This document shows positions 50,651 to 63,900 of a stretch of DNA of 64,000 nt, piece by piece. The stretch lies in NCBI GenBank assembly GCA_013265495.1, contig MU057801.1, forward strand, positions 434,001 through 498,000, written 5' to 3'. The notes beneath the pieces were generated by a model. That model searched no databases. It saw only the letters and a list, made by a program, of their open reading frames with translations, and was not told the origin of the DNA. The stretch comes from Vicugna vicugna. Its lineage: Eukaryota. The position numbers were made by a program, and so were the translations under genes. Every line of letters begins with the position of its first letter. Positions within the stretch are counted from its first letter, which is position 1.

Positions 50651-53600
50651 ATTTCAAATGCATTTTAGATACCCTGCATTTGTACCCTCCTCCCCTCATG
50701 GTTACATTTCTTGTTTCTAGTTGTGGCCTTTTCTTTTTTTTTACCTAAAGATGTTCCTTTAACACTTGTTGTAAAGCTGGTTTGGTGGTGCTGAATTCTT
50801 TTAGCTTTTGTTTATCTGTGAAGCTTTTGATTTCTCCTTCAAATCTGAACAAGAGCCTTGCTGGATAGAGTATTCTTGGTTGTAAGTTTTTCCCTTTCAT
50901 CACTTTAAATATATTGTGCCACTCCCTTCTGGCCTGGAGAGTTTCTGCTGAGAAATCAGCTGATAAATGATAACCTTAGTTCCTTTGTATGTTATTTGTT
51001 GCTTTTCCCTTGCTGATTTTAATATTTTCTCCTTATCCTTAATTTTTGTCAATTTGATGACCATGTGCCTCCGTGTGTTCCTCTTAGGTTAATCCTGTGT
51101 GGAACTCTCTGCACTTCCTGGACCTGGGTGATTGTTTCCTTCCCCAGGTTAGGGAACTTTTTGGCTATTATCTCTTCAAATATTTTCTCAGATCCTTTCT
51201 GTCTCCCCTCCCTCTGGGACCCCTATAATGCGAATATTAGAGTGCTTCATGTTGTCCCAGGGTTCTCTTAAACTACCCTCATTTCTGTTCATTCTTTTTT
51301 CTGTTCTGCAGTAGTGATTTCCACTCATCTGTCTTCTGGCTCATTGAGCCATGCTTCTGCCTCATTTAGTCTACTTTTGGTTCCTTCTGATGCGTTGTTC
51401 ATTTCAGTGATTTTTTTCTTCAACTCTTTTTGGGTGTGCTTTACATTTTCTAACTCTTTATTAAAAATTTCACTCTGTGCATCTATACTCCTCCTGAGGT
51501 CTCTGAACATCTTTGCCATCATTATTTTAAACTCTTTCTCAGATAAATTACCTGTCTCCTCATCACTTGTTTCTTCTTCTGGGATTTTTATCTTGTGCCT
51601 TGGCCTAGGAGATATTCCTTTGCTGCCTCATATTGTCTGTCTTTATATTTATATTTTTAGGTAGGTTAGTTATGTTTCTTGACCTTGGAGAGGTGGCCCT
51701 CTGTGGGAGACGTCCTGTGCGTTCCAGCAGTACATTCCTCTCTTGTCACCCAAGGGCCAGGGTCCAGCATGTCCCAGTGTAGAGTCTGGTCTGTGTTTGT
51801 GGATTCCTCCTATAGGCTTTGGGATTGTTTTCTTATTTCTGGTATCAGTCCCCTGGTAGATGAGGCTGGACTAGAGGCTTATGCAGGTTTCCTGGAAGAA
51901 GCAGTTGGTGTCTGCCCTCTGCTGGGTGGAGCTTGGTCCTGGGCCTCTGGTGGGCAGGGCTGTGTCTAGAGGTGGTTGAGGGCTTGGGAAGTCTGCTGAT
52001 GGGTGGGTGGAGTTCCTACCCAGTATGGCCTGAGGCTTCCCTACAGGCTGTTGGGTGTGGCTGGGTCTTGGTACCAGTGACCCAAGAAAGATGCCAGCCT
52101 CCAGGAAAGCTCATGTAGATGAACACTCCTGGAATGTCCACCACCAGCTTTTATGTCCCCTGAGTGAGCCACAACTGCCCTCTACATCCCCAGGAGACCT
52201 TCCAAAACCAGCAGGCAAGTCTGGCCTAGGTTCCTATAAAGTCACTGCCATTGCCCTTGGACCCAGCATGCACAAAATTCTGTGTGCACTTCCCAAGAGA
52301 GTGAAGTCTCTGTTTCCCCCAGTCCCATGGGGGTGCCTGGAGCCAAGCCCCCCTGGCCTCCAAAACCAGATGTCCTGGGGTCTCTTCCTCCTCCCAATGC
52401 CGGAACCCCGGGCTGGGGAGCCTGGCGTGGGGCTCAGCGCTCTCACTCCTGTGGGACGGCATCTGTGACTTAATTATTCTTCAGCTTGTGGGTCGTCCAC
52501 CCGGGGGGTTTGGGGCCCGATTATATTGCAAGCACACCCCTCCTACCGTGCTGCTGTGGTTCCCTCTTTATGTTTCCAGTTGAGGAAGGTCTTTTTTGCT
52601 AGGTTCCAGTCTTTTTGTTTCGATAGTGGTTTAGTAGTCGGTTGTGGTTTCATTATAGTCACAGGGAGAGGTGAGCTCGTGGTCCTCCTACTCCGCCATG
52701 ACCGCAGCTTCACCACAGTCCCCTCGCTGCACCGTGAAGCACCTGGCGCACAATGGCCGCGATGGATTAACAGCAAAGAACGGCCTCCAAGGTCTTCCCC
52801 TCCTGGCCACTCTGCAGCCACTGAAGTCAGCTGTCAGCTCTGGCAGACGCCAGGGACAGAGAGGAGTGCTAAGAAAGGTCCTAATGGAGCACAAATGAGA
52901 AGGAATGAGTATTGCTGAGAACAGAGAGCCAGGGGCAAGTGGGTATCGGTTTGGAAAGGCCTCACTGGACCTGTTAGGGAGGATGGACAGATGGACAGAC
53001 GGATGAAAGGAGGAAGGAAGATGGGGCATAGCATGTGATCTTGGCACATATACCGGCATGGAGAAGGGGACGTGGGACAGGTGGCTTCAGGGGATGTGCT
53101 TGCACACCCGCCTCTTACCCACCCTTTCAGTCAGGCCCCCACAAGGGTCCCCCTGCCCGGCATCACTTGAGCCAACAGAACGAGATGGCTTTGGGTTCAG
53201 AAGCCGAGGAAAGCGTTCTTCTTTGATCAAAGTATGAGAGGTGCGAGCTTGAGGTCTCAAGCACAGGCTCTCTGGGGCAGGCGGGGACAGGACGGGGCTG
53301 TTCGAGGGATGTCACCAGCCGGGAGGGGTAGCACAACTGTGCAGCCCAGGCTTCAGCTCCCGGGCAGCGGGCCCCTCTGCTCATGGCCCGCCAACGTGGG
53401 CTGCAGGCACAGGGGTTCTGTGCTGGGGACTCAGATCCGATGTGTTAGGTGCACATGGGCCCCTCTAGGCAAGTGAAGCGAGGCTTAGAACAGAAGAAGA
53501 GCGGGACCTCATGCCCAGGACTCCATCCTGTTTCTCCCGGGGGCCCCATGGGGCTGTGCCGGTGACAGTTCCACGTCACACACTCCCCTTCACCAGGCCT

Positions 53601-55321
53601 GGGGGGCACAGGCACGTGGCCCCGCAGGTGAGCGATGCTGGCCGGGCTGGTGGGTGACCACGAGGAGCCGCGGGGGTGTCCGTTGAGCTGGTTGTTGCCA
53701 CGTAACAAGGACCCAGCTGAACCTGATCTTTTAGAGGAAGGCTGAAAATCCAATTTCCAAATGCTATTCAGGCCAAGGCAGAGACGTCTAGAGGTTGTCC
53801 CTGGCTCCCGGGGTGTCCATTTGCAACCTTGATTGCGGACCTTGATGTCTGTCCCTCCTCTTCTTCTGGGGGTGATGCCTGCAGGAGGGGCACGCTCCCC
53901 GCCCCCAGCCACGCTGCGGCCCCCAGGCCGAGGCTCCCACTGAGTATGACCTCCCGGCACTGCCGGAGGAGAGTGGCTGTCCTCCCCGCGGCCCAGGATG
54001 CTGTCAGTGCACAGAAGGATACGTACCATGTACATCATGCTCTCGGGAAGGTTGGCGGACCCCTCAGCTGCACTCCCCCCCCCCAGGAGAAAAGGCAACT
54101 CTTAGGTGACTTTCCAGCTCGAAAATCCCTGTGCAGGTGTGAGTGGCAGCTGGGGACCCTCTTAACAGGTCCAAAAGCAAAACCTGACTGTGACCACACT
54201 AAGATAAAATGAGGACTCTTTTCACTTAAAAAGTAAATTAACAAAGAGAAAGGGGTGTGTTCCCCCCGCCCACGCCTGCCCTTTCCTGTCCACCGTGCAG
54301 TTCAGCATTTCCAGTGAGGCCTCGGACTTCCGCGCCAGTTCCCTGTCTGCTGCTGCCGGGCCCTGAGAGCAGGACGTGAAGGAACAGCACCTTTATCCAC
54401 CTGCCTTTCCCCTTAGACACGTCCTCTTTCTCCCGCGGCCGGCGGGTGTCCGGTCCAGTTGCTTTTCTCGGCATCCTTCGTGGCCCGTGGCGAAGCTGGT
54501 GCTCAGGTCCCCGCCCAGTTTATGTGATTTTGTGGATAAAACAGGCAGGGTGACCGGATAAGGGTGTGCTCTGGAGAAGCCTGATCAATTCCTTAATGAT
54601 TGGACCATATCGACCAGAAATGGTTAATTCAGTTCCACGAGTTGATATTTCCCAGGGCTTCTCAGAAAACTGTATCATTTGCAAAAGTGATAGAGAATTT
54701 AAGTCTCCCCCAGGTAAACCAGGCCCGCCCCGGCCCAACGGACAGAGACAGTCCCGTCTTCTGTTTGGGCCCCGGAGAATTTGTGTGTGCAGCTGTGTAG
54801 GAAGGAGTTTCGTGATGCACCCACCCAAATCTACACGGCCACTTGGAAACCCCATTGTCACCGTGGTGTACCTGACCGTCTTTCTTGAAGGTTGCGTGGA
54901 GACCCACTATGCAGGCGACCCTGTGGTTACTGTCAGTCTTCCCTTTTTGAATGTAAATTGGGAAAGAAGTAAATATCTTCTATTTTTTAAATCCACAATA
55001 TTCATGGAAATATTAATTTCCCTAAAGCTTATCACTAAGGCCAGTTACCCATAGCCCTTGGGGCCGTTAGTGCAGACCTGCCTCCAACCCCAACCTTGGC
55101 AAGGATCCTAGGTCCCCCTCTTCTTCCTACAAAGAAGGAAAGAAACTAGAGCACAGCAGTCATTCAGTTTTGGGGAAAAAACTAGACCTAAAACTTTTTA
55201 TAAAGTCAAACTTTTAACATCCTTGTATCAAAAGATGATCTTTGTTTGATGAAATAGTATCATCAGTTGCAAACTGAGTTTGGTTAAATTCAAAGCTTTT
55301 CCAGTTTTAAGAATGAAGCCT

Positions 55322-55408
55322 GGGGAGAGCCATAGCTCAGTGGTAGAGTGTGTGCTCAGCACGTGCAAGGTCCTGGGTTCAATCCCCAGCACCTCCATTA
55401 AAAAAAAA
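55322..55408 (+). mobile_element. tRNA-derived SINE, short form
   Basis: A box TAGCTCAGTGG, B box GGTTCAATCC, then an A-tail; homologous to the three antisense copies. Confidence 0.85.
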
Positions 55409-57504
55409 GAACAAAGGCTGCCATGTTTCTAGGATGATTTTGAGGAGGCCCAGAGGGGTCCGTGCCAGTCCCCACGCCCTCCCACCCTCGCTAAACGGGG
55501 TCGCTGCAGCTGGCGCAGAAGCTCTCCACAGAGCTGGGAGAAGCAGCCCCTTCGCCCCCCAGCAGGTGTCCTCACCTGCTCCTCCAGTCCCCCAAGGACC
55601 AGTCTATGCTGATACTGCGGAGACCCAGAGCCCGGAGTGCGTCACAGCTCAGGACGCGCCCTGCGAGGTCAGAAGCGCCCCACGCCGCGAAGCAGGTGGA
55701 AGCACCCAGGTCAGGAGCTCCCGGGACTCGAGCTTGGATGGATGGCACCGGGGCAGGTGCAGACGTGGGACGGGGTCCTCTGCGCTGCCCATCAGGCAGG
55801 AAGGCCAGGGTGGAAGATGCTTGGAGGTGAGTGTCTTAGACCCTCCACAGGGAGGAGGCGGAGAGGGAGCAGCAGGTGGTCTGGGCACAGCTCTGGAGCT
55901 GGGAGAAGCCGGAGCTTAGGCAGGCATCCCAAGGGGGTACCCTGACTCTGCCACCTCCGGTCTGCTCCCCCTCCCAGAGCTCCTGCCCCCAACCCCAGCG
56001 GAGGAGGACGCCTGGAAGCCCCTCAGCTCACAGCCTTTTGAAGAGACGACTGTGGCTCTGCAGAACAGCAGTTCCCGTGTGGCTGCGCTGGCGTGTGCAC
56101 GGAAGGCTCTGCCGGGTGGCAGTCCCACGAAGGTGAAGACCGATGTGCAGAAGCTCCTGTCCCAACGGGAAGGAGCCCGCATACTCCTCAGTGACGCTCC
56201 GGCGCCCCGGCTGGGCGCTAGCGTTTCACCACCCCTTTGGAAGTGGCTTCTAAGGCCACCACTGATGCTGAAAAACCGAGAAGCAGCCTTCAGGAGTCAG
56301 CTCTTTGGTCCCAAGGGCACAGCTGCCACAGACGAGTCCTGGGTCACTGGCCAAGGACAGCTCACTGCAGAGACAGTCACCTTCTGGACAAGAATCCCCA
56401 AAATGCTTGGCCACAGGAGACCAGTGCGGGGCTGAAATGAATGACATTTCAGGGCTCCTGAGTCACTGGTCTGCAAGCCGCTCAACGTGCCATGCAGTCG
56501 TCTAATCTCCAGGCACCGTCGCTGCTGGACGCCATGTGGCCGCGAGTTCCAAAGCCAGCAGAGGGACCGTGCAGAAACGTCCTGCTTCCTCGTGGACACC
56601 CTCAGGTCCCGTGCAGCCTGGGCGGGCCGCAGTCACTCTCAGAGAAGTAGGGTTCCCCCAGAACTCCCTCTTGGAAGCTCACGACGCAGAGTCACCGGCA
56701 GCAAGGCAGAGGCCAGGCCGTGAAGGCGCTGGGCGGGGAGACACGTGAGCAGCACGTGGGCAGAAGGCACGGGCCGTGCTGGTGCCAGGAAAGCAGCGAG
56801 ACAGAGGCCAAGCCGCCCGGAAGGCTGCGGCTACACGTGGACCCCGAAACCTGAGAGGGTGGGGACTCCCGAGCCTGCGTGGAAATGGGGACGGGGAGGC
56901 GGTGCCTCAGCCACAGAGGGAAGACGGTGACAAACTTAAAACGGCCCGTGGGTGTCCAACTTAGGTGTTAAAGAAGTTTCAAGGCTCTCAAGCCCACAGC
57001 TCCCCGCGGCTTTCCCGGAGGCTGTGTGGACCTCGAAGGCAGGGCCTGTCCCGGCAAAGCTGAACGTGAGTGTCTGGGCTTAGCATCCCTGATGCTTCGG
57101 TCCAGGACCTGCCGTCCGAGGAGATGCGCCAAGGCATCGGCCTGCAGGCTTTACTCAGTCATTGCCCCGGGGGTGAGCCCTCTCCGGCATCTCCCATCCT
57201 CACCTGAGGTGCATTTCCTCCTAAGCGGTTCCTGCGAACACCCTGCGCTGTTCCCTGTTCACCACCTGGATGTAAGCACCACGCCGCAGGGTCCCCGGTG
57301 TTTCCCCAGTCCCCAGGGAGGTGCTGGCACACGATGAGGACGGGGTGACTGTTAGTGGCAGAAACAGCTGGATGAATATGTGACCTGAACAGCAAAATAG
57401 GTAGTTAAGCGTGCAATCAGGTCGCATTCTGGTCAACTGAACAGGTGCTCGGTACTAAGTGTGCGGCTGACGGTGCAGCTGCCGGGCACCGCCCGCCCTT
57501 GTCT

Positions 57505-57890
57505 TGTTTTGTTGAAGTAGAGCTTACAGTGTTGCATTAGTCTCAGGTGTGCAGCAAAGTGACACAGTCACAATACATTCTTTTGCATATTCTTTTCCTT
57601 TATAGGTTATTACAGGATATTGAATATCGCTCCCTGTGCTCTACAGTAGGACCTTGCTGTTTATCTGCGTTGTATCGAGTAGTTTGTGTCTGCCAGTCCT
57701 AGACTCCTACTTTATCTCTGCCCCCTGCCCCTTTGGTAACCGTATGTTTGTTTTCTGTCTGTGAATCTGTTTCTGGTTTGTGAATAAGTTCATTTGTGTC
57801 GCTCTTTCAGACTCCACATCAAAGTGGTGCATGGTGTTTGTCTTCGTCTGTCTGACTTCACTGAGGTTGGGGATCGCAGGTCCATCTGTC
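57505..57890 (-). mobile_element. LINE-1 3' end fragment, GC-shifted
   Basis: ttgaagtaga..ttacagtgttg, ataggttattacaggatattgaatat, tggtaacc, gactccacat. Confidence 0.8.
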
Positions 57891-58811
57891 GCCCTGAGCT
57901 GCGAGTGACTCGGTGTCCCTGGGACACTTTACCTCCCCACCTCCCCAGGGAGGAACTTAAGTCTCAGAGAACAGAAGGTGCTCATCTGCACGTGGGCACC
58001 GGTGTGTCTTTCCCCGCGCATCCACGACACCCACTAACAGTCACAGGAGTGACAAATGCACCTCCAGGGGAGTGTGGAGCCCACATGGTCTCACCCTGAA
58101 GAAGGGAAGGTTCCCGTCTGAGACTCTCAGCATTTAAAAAAGTAGGAGTTAAAATACTGGTCAGTGTTCTTGGTTCTTCCGAGAATGCATCAAATATTCA
58201 GCAGTCGCCTGTAACCAGAGGTGGCCATACTGTCCTCCTTGTAAGACAGCATTGATCCAAACAGTTTTCAGGGAAAAGTTAGCCAGTAGGGCCACCAAAA
58301 GAGCCACTTTCCTGAGAGAGATTCAATTAAGCGTCCGTGCAGTTGCACGAGGAGCAGGCTGCGACACTGAGGTGGCCTGTTTTCTGGTCATGATGGATCC
58401 AGAAACCTTAATGAGGAACAACATTTGTGTTACTGTCTACCCAAATTTAATTTGTTTATGCAGCGGTTCAGTTAATCCTGCAATCTGGTTTTCGCAGACG
58501 AGGGCAGATAATGGAGACACCGTTCTTTACAAGTCTTCAGGCTTTTAAATTCTGATAAAATCAGGATTCTTCACTGGGCCTTGCCTCAGCTCTGAATTAA
58601 ACCATTTAAATGTAATTATGGAAACTGGCCTGACATCAGGGACATCCATTTGCAAAATTGATTGGCCAGGCGGTTCCACGAGGCATCTTATGAGCAAACG
58701 ACGGCAAAGGGGCCAGAACTGTCATTTATAAAGGCAAAAAAGCAGGTAAATACTTTATTAGTGGTAATGAGAAGGCTTCCAGGGAACTGAACCTTGTTCT
58801 TTCCTCACCAG

Positions 58812-58902
58812 CTACTTCACGGAGCCGTGGTGCATGGCCCTCTTTCACGATCGTTTTATTGATCTCAGGAAGGAGTTGCGCCAAATCTTATCCTCCAAGG
58901 AG
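58812..58902 (+). CDS. CFAP61: CFAP61 coding exon, probably penultimate (S-YFTEPWCMALFHDRFIDLRKELRQILSSKE)
   Basis: Acceptor ttcctcaccag ends at 58811; 91 nt (1+90) completes AGC (Ser) with the previous exon; donor GAG|gtaaga at 58903. No stop codon, so a further exon lies beyond the window. Confidence 0.95.
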
Positions 58903-59734
58903 GTAAGAGTGATTAACGGATGTGCGGCTCAGTCCTCGCAAATCGCCAGCAGTTAGAGCCGTTGTCATTTAGACTCTTCCCTACTTTCCCACTTTATGGT
59001 TTTACTTTGAAAACCAACTGTGTGCTTCATACAAACGCACTACAGCGTAGGTGCACGTAGACAGTGATGTTTCAAGGCAAGTGGACTGTTTCATCTCCGA
59101 GGGGGGCACGATTCTTTTCCCCTTTCCCCAGCGACAGCACTGTGAGCGGCAGCGAGCCCGCTGGCCGAGGCCAGGCTGTGGATCGCGTCCCCGTGCCCTC
59201 GGGAACCAAGGCTGCGCGCCTGCCGCTCCCGTCCTGTCCCTGTTTGCCAGCCACTCACTAAACGTGTGCGCGTGTTGTTATAAAGACGTCAGAGGACGTC
59301 AACAGATGTCCGAACACACTCCTTTCATAACCGAAACTTCTTAGAGTGAAACACAACTAGCCAGGAACTAGGCCGCGTACCCCGCAGGCTCCGCGCTCAG
59401 CAAGAGGCTGGACTGCGGTGTCGATCGTAAGGTGATTGTGAAACTTACCTTTTTCAGCACGAGAGTCCTTGCTCCCCGAGCTGTGCAGAAAGGTCACACC
59501 CGGGCTCAGAAAGTGGTCAAGCATCCACTCCTGACTCTTCCTCAGCTCACTCAGGCCAGGGCTCAGCTTCCACCTTGCCGACTGTCCCTGTGTCGCCTCC
59601 GCCTGGAGACCTGCCACCTCCTCTCAGGTCCCCGTGGTGTGGGCTGCCCCGCGGGATGCAGGGACGTCCCTCTCGCCCTGGTCGCCACACGCCCCACCTC
59701 ACTGCATCCCAGCAGGGACCCTCCGAGGGGCAGC

Positions 59735-59885
59735 GGCACTGCTGTCCTCACCTCCACTAAACCAGTGACGAAGCAAAAGCTGAGAGACTCTAAGGGCCGC
59801 CAGCCGGCACACGTCTCAAGCATGTCTCACTGCAAAGCCGGGGTCCTCGGTACTGAGCCGAGCTCGTGGCCCAGCGCCCTCTCCC
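59735..59885 (-). mobile_element. MIR fragment
   Basis: tgtcctcacctccactaaacc..gaagcaaaagctgagagactctaagggc..cacgtc resembles an antisense MIR. Confidence 0.4.
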
Positions 59886-60994
59886 CATTGCCCCGCCCCC
59901 GGTCAGTTTCGTCCCTGGGGTCCACGCTGGGAAATTTAAATAGTTTTCCTAATTTGAAGTAGATTCAGACTGCGGAAAAAACAGGTTTCAAGTTTAAACC
60001 AAACTCAGTTCTCTTTGGTGCCCTCAAAGATGGAAGGGAGGCAGAGGGGCCAGCGGCTGAATGCACAGGGCAGCCGGGGCTCGAGGCACTCAGAGTGGAG
60101 GTGACAGTGGTAATGAGGTAGAGACAGAGACCCAGGATGCTGCAGGTCACACAGGCCCCTGCAGCGCCTCCGGGGGTGGCGGGGAGGAAGCTGGTCCACG
60201 TTAGACCAGGCCCCGATCTGGAAGCCTGGTGATGACTGAACTTCATTCAACGCTGCAGACCCTCCCATCCCCCCTTAAATGTGATCTGCAGCTCACTGCT
60301 GCCCCACAGGAAAGATTCGTCATTTTCTAGTTATCCCATCAAAACTCTGCCCAAATCCTTCTAAACCCTGGATCTGAGTTCCGCTGTTAACCTTCTGCAC
60401 AGGGCCAAGGGGTTTTAGGCATAAAGCTTAAAAGGGAAGCTTTCCCTTCATGTTTCCAAGTACATCATCAAGTGCAATGACGGCCTCTCACGGCACTCAC
60501 TGAGCCTCCCTCCACCTTTTACACACACACAGACATTTGCCGGGGGTCAGTCTGCTGGGCATAGACTCAGCCTGGACAGCAGGCCCTGGCGGCAGACCAG
60601 AAGTGACCTTTGCAGAGGACAGACTAAGGGCTCCCTGACCGTCCTTGATTTCCAGAAAGGGAAACCTCTGGAAGAAAAGCCTTCACTCGGGGACTGTCCT
60701 GACGTCTGTCAAGGGAGAGGCCACAGGACGGGCTGGGGCCGGCAGGGGTGTCTGCCTGTAGCTCAGATCCCCGCGGAGCAGGGACTAGCTGCTCCCACCT
60801 CAGAGAGCTGTGGGAGGAGGAGAGGAGGGCCTGGTGTGAGCACATGGCACAGAAGAATGGCTCCAAGCATGTTCCGGCCACCACAAGTAAGAGGGATGGT
60901 GACAGCTACGGTGGAGACAGACCAACAGTGGAAGCAGCAGTCATATAAGTAGATTTGCAGGAATTTCACTTAAGAGCCTGGTAATAGGAAAATA

Positions 60995-63900
60995 AACCAG
61001 GGGGAGGGTGCCAAGATGCTGGAGTGAAGGAATTCACAGCTCGCCCCCTCTCATTTGTGCCTCTCACAAATACACCAAGAATTACATCTACAGACACACT
61101 GAATCACACAGAATCCCTACGAAACTTTAAGAGACTGTCTCTCACTTCAAAATACAGGAGTCCTCACAAAAAAAAAATGGCTAAGGTGGGGACAAGGGCA
61201 GCGTCAACAGAGAGTACTTTGTAAGCCCACATAACAAGTGACAGACACCAGCACAGAGGGCACTCCCCGGTGGACATCTCCTGCAGAGGTACACTCAGCG
61301 ACTCTTCTTTCCAGCTTCAGCTTCACCTGTACACACTGGGGCTTGGAAGCCTCTATTCCAGCAACAGTGGAGCAGACCCGCTCCTGTCAAGGCTGTGACA
61401 ACCACAGAACAAACAAGGAGAACCACTCAACAACAGCAATCCGGGCAGGCTCTGATCACCACAGCACCAACCACACCCCCAGTCAAAGGGACAGCAGCCA
61501 ACACACATGGAAAGAAGACGTTGCAACCATCCACAGTGAGAGCAGACCTCGTGAGAAAGCTATCAGATGTACATAGTCTACACTGGACGCTCCCACTTTA
61601 AATTATAACAACAACAAAAAACCCCCCAGCCCTTTAAGACCACAGTGGATGACTGATACTCCTGAATCCACAGAGCCAGAGAAACGTAAGTAAAATGAAG
61701 AAGCAGAGGAACCACTCCCAATTAAAAGAGCAAGAGAAGTTCCCTGAAAGAACGATCAATAAAATAGACATTGGCAGTCTACTAGATCATAACTTCAAAA
61801 GGGGGTGATAAAAGCACTGATGGAAATGAGAGAGACTATGAATAGAGATGCAGAATACTATAAAAAGGAAATAGAAATTATAAAGAGGAGCCAATTAAAA
61901 ACAGAAAACTCAATGGCTGAGATAAGAGCCAACCTAAAGGCAGTCAAAAGCAGACTACACAATGCAGAGGAACGAGTCAGTGACTTAGAAGACGGGGTAA
62001 CAGAAGTCACCCAATCAGAAGAGCAGACAGAAAAGCAAATAAAAACCAATGGTAACAATCTAAGGGACCTATGGGATAACATAAAACGTGCCAATCTGTG
62101 CATAATATGGGTCCCAGAAGAAGAAGACAGAGAAAAGGGGTCAGAAAAGGTATTTGAAGAAATCATGACTGAAACCTTTCCAAACCTAAAGAAGGAATCA
62201 GATATCCAAGTACAGGAAGCACAGAGGGTCTCCAACAAGAAGAACCCAGACAGACCTATACCAAGACATATTATAATTAAGATGCCAAAGTTAAAGAAAT
62301 GATTCTAAAGGCAGCAAGAGAAAAAGGGTGAGTTATAAGGGAGCCCCCATGAGGCTTTCAGCTGATTTCTTTACACAGACACTGCTGGTCAGAAGGGAGG
62401 GGCAAGATATATTCAAAGTCCTGATTGAAAAAAATCTGCAACCTAGGATACTTTATCTGGCAAGACTATCCTTTAGAATAGAAGGAGAGAGAATTTCACA
62501 GACAAGGAAAAACTAAAAGAATTCAGCAATACTAACCCTACTCTAAAAGAAATGTTGAAAGGTCTACTCTAAATAGAAAAGAAGTAGGAAGCTATAGAAA
62601 TGAGGAAATCATAACTGGAAATGCAATAACTACAATGAGTTGCAAGAGAATAAACATGAAGATGTATAAGAAGACATCAAAATCATCAAAGGTGGGAGAG
62701 GGGAGCAAGAAAATATAGATTTATTTTCTCTCTTCTTTTTTTTTTCTTTCTTTTTAGTATGTATTTGAGCCTACAAGACTATCAGTTTAAAGCAAACAGA
62801 TGCATTAATGGGTTAATATACTTGAAAAACAGGGTAACCACAAGTCAAAAGCATACACTGGAGTCACACAACCCAAAAAGAAACCAAGCTAATACAAAAA
62901 AATGTATCAAACCACAAAAAAAGGGGAAAGAAAGGAACAGAGAAGAAATACCAAATCAACTGGAAAACAAAAGTTTGAAATGGCCATAAGCACACATCTA
63001 TCAATAATTACTGCAAATGTCAATGGACTAAATGCTCCAGTCAAAACACACAGAGTGGCAGATGGGATAATAAAATAAAAGCCTACAATGTGCTGCCTAC
63101 CAGAGACCCACTTTAGAGTGAAGGACACATAGATTGAAAGTGAGAGGGTGGAAAAAGATGTTCCATGCAAATGGAAATGGCAAGAAAGCAGGAGTAGCAA
63201 TACTCATATCAGACAGAATAGACTTTAGAATATAGACCATAAAGAAAGATACTATATAATGATTAAAGGAGCAATACAAGATGAGGATATTGCACTTGTT
63301 AACATATATGCACCCAATATAGGAGCACCTAAATATATAAAATACTAACAGACATAAAGGGAGAAACTGATGGGAATACAATGGTAGTAGGAGACTTTAA
63401 CACCCCACTAATATCACTGGACAGGTCTTCCAGACACGAAATCAATAAGGCAGCAGAGATACTAAATGACAATAGAACCGTTGGCCTTGGTTGATACTTT
63501 TAGGACACTACATCCCCAAAATACAGAATGTACATTCTTACCAAGTGTGCATGGAAAATTCTCTAGGGAAGATCACAAGCCTGGGCACAAAAGAAGCCTC
63601 AACAAATTTAAGAGGATAGAAATTAAACAACACGCTACTAAAAAACCAATGGGTCGATGATGAAATCAAAGAGGAAATTAAAAAATACTTTGAGACAAAC
63701 ATCAATGAAAACACAACCACACAAAATCTAGGGACGCAGCAAAAGCAGTCGTAAGAGGGAACTTCACAGTGATTCCCCAAAAAACAAGAACAGTCTCAAA
63801 TAAACAACCTAACCTGCCACCTGAAAGAATTAGAAAAAGAACAAACAAAACCTAAAGTCAGCAGAAGGAAGGAAATAATAAAGATCAGGGAGGAAATAAA

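Larger units (their letters stand above)
46285..52705 (-). mobile_element. Near full-length degenerate LINE-1 (5' UTR ~51560-52700, ORF1 ~50750-51560, ORF2 ~46450-50240, partial 3' UTR)
   Basis: Collinear minus-strand ORF fragments: ORF1 coiled coil (51325-51522), endonuclease (49558-50052), RT (48225-48799: [21 protein letters not shown]), C-terminus (46608-47894). Many stops and frameshifts, so inactive. Confidence 0.95.
12689..58811 (+). other. CFAP61: Large CFAP61 intron (46,123 bp)
   Basis: GT at 12689 and AG at 58810-58811; flanking exon phases are compatible and the peptide is continuous (DLY-S-YFTEPW). Confidence 0.9.

Noticed and set aside
46285..52705. Active retroelement or novel reverse-transcriptase system
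   Set aside because: It is an ordinary LINE-1 with many stops, frameshifts and a nested insertion.
55322..55396. Possible tRNA gene
   Set aside because: It has A and B boxes but also an A-tail and three homologous diverged copies with TSDs, so it is a SINE.
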